From a virus, in the IMG/VR virus record IMGVR_UViG_3300029868_000012: DNA of 40,095 bases; one strand, given 5' to 3'. Positions 39,687 to 40,095 of the stretch are shown piece by piece (the first letter of the stretch is position 1; every line of letters starts with the position of its first letter). The position numbers were made by a program, and so were the translations under genes. The notes beneath the pieces were generated by a model. That model ran no database searches. It was not told where the DNA came from and was given only the letters and a program-made list of their open reading frames with translations.

Positions 39687-40095
39687 TGAATGACAAATGG
39701 GTGGTAAACAGCGACCACACTGAAGAGGTCTTCATCGCTCATGCTAGAAAGTTATATCAGCAGCATAAGTATGTTGAATTCAGCATAAAGGCAGGGGCAA
39801 AGAGGACTAACCCACAGAATGCAGCGCTTCATGTGTATCTGAAGCAGGTAGCAGACGCATTCAACGCCGCTGGGCTTGATATGAAGCAAACCCTTAGCGC
39901 TGATATAGATACGCCTTGGACTGCCTTACTGGTTAAAGAGCTGATCTGGAAGGTGGTACAGAAAGCGACTATAGACGAAACGAGTACAACGAAAGCTAAC
40001 CGCACCGACTACACTTTAATCTACGAAACAATTAACCGACACACAGCTAGTACCTGGGGGATCTCGATTCCTTGGCCTACTAAGGAGCAATCAGA
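39686..40095 (+). CDS. ninB: NinB-like recombination protein, N-terminal part (continues at 1..123)
   Basis: GTG 39686 overlaps the upstream TAG. Translated by hand: ...VEFSIKAGAKRTNPQNAALHVYLKQVADAF... resembles lambda NinB ..RNRSLDQNRKLWACLGDVS. Open to the window end. Confidence 0.55.
   Translation, partial: MNDKWVVNSDHTEEVFIAHARKLYQQHKYVEFSIKAGAKRTNPQNAALHVYLKQVADAFNAAGLDMKQTLSADIDTPWTALLVKELIWKVVQKATIDETSTTKANRTDYTLIYETINRHTASTWGISIPWPTKEQS
39977..40095. repeat. Terminal direct repeat, exact copy of 1..119
   Basis: Identical base by base. Confidence 0.95.

Noticed and set aside
29454-39742. Other short alternative-frame ORFs in the early region: 29454..29699, 29836..30033, 30449..30631, 30686..30931, 30775..30963, 33370..33678, 37463..37765, 38475..38750, 38729..38953, 39518..39742
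   Set aside because: They overlap better-supported genes on the same or opposite strand and lack RBS or coupling signals.

Overview
The window is a complete tailed-phage genome recovered as a circular or terminally redundant contig. Bases 1..119 are repeated exactly at 39977..40095, so the unique length is 39976 bp.

Layout:
- Nearly all genes run on the minus strand, from 39101 down to 3303, in tightly coupled operons (many TAATG and ATGA start/stop overlaps).
- The early region (39101 to 29377) holds a Cro-like regulator, many small ORFs, a T5orf172/GIY-YIG-like protein, possible replication proteins, RecT, an SSB-like protein and a DUF551-like protein.
- A strong intrinsic terminator followed by an extended -10 promoter lies at about 29.25-29.29 kb.
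- The late region follows: a sulfotransferase-like protein, a 1479-aa fibre, a Trp-repeat ORF, TerS, TerL, portal, scaffold and major capsid protein. After these comes a P22-like series: an adaptor, a gp10-like protein, a gp14-like protein and three ejection-type proteins. The region ends with a beta-helix tailspike, an M15 endolysin and a holin candidate.
- A short plus-strand operon (39252, across the junction, to 3296) carries nin-type genes (NinB-like, NinG/Rap-like) and small Cys-rich and membrane proteins.
- Two plus-strand HNH-AP2 homing endonuclease genes interrupt the late operon. One is intact and one is decayed.
- I saw no integrase, CI-type repressor, DNA polymerase, helicase, primase, canonical tRNA or CRISPR array.

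Most unusual items:
1. A 790-bp ORF-free island (36397..37187) sits inside the early operon. It has DnaA-box matches, a 19/20-nt long-range inverted repeat, several hairpins, iteron-like repeats, and a good promoter plus a strong terminator on the strand opposite the flanking genes. It is a candidate origin and/or non-coding RNA locus.
2. A methionine-free ORF of eleven perfect-period W-x9 decapeptide repeats lies in frame behind the single TAA stop of the giant fibre gene.
3. A small sulfotransferase-like gene is coupled to that fibre.
4. A peptidase-S74-type C-terminal domain sits on a protein in the ejection-protein block.

All family assignments come from motif recognition by eye, not from database searches.
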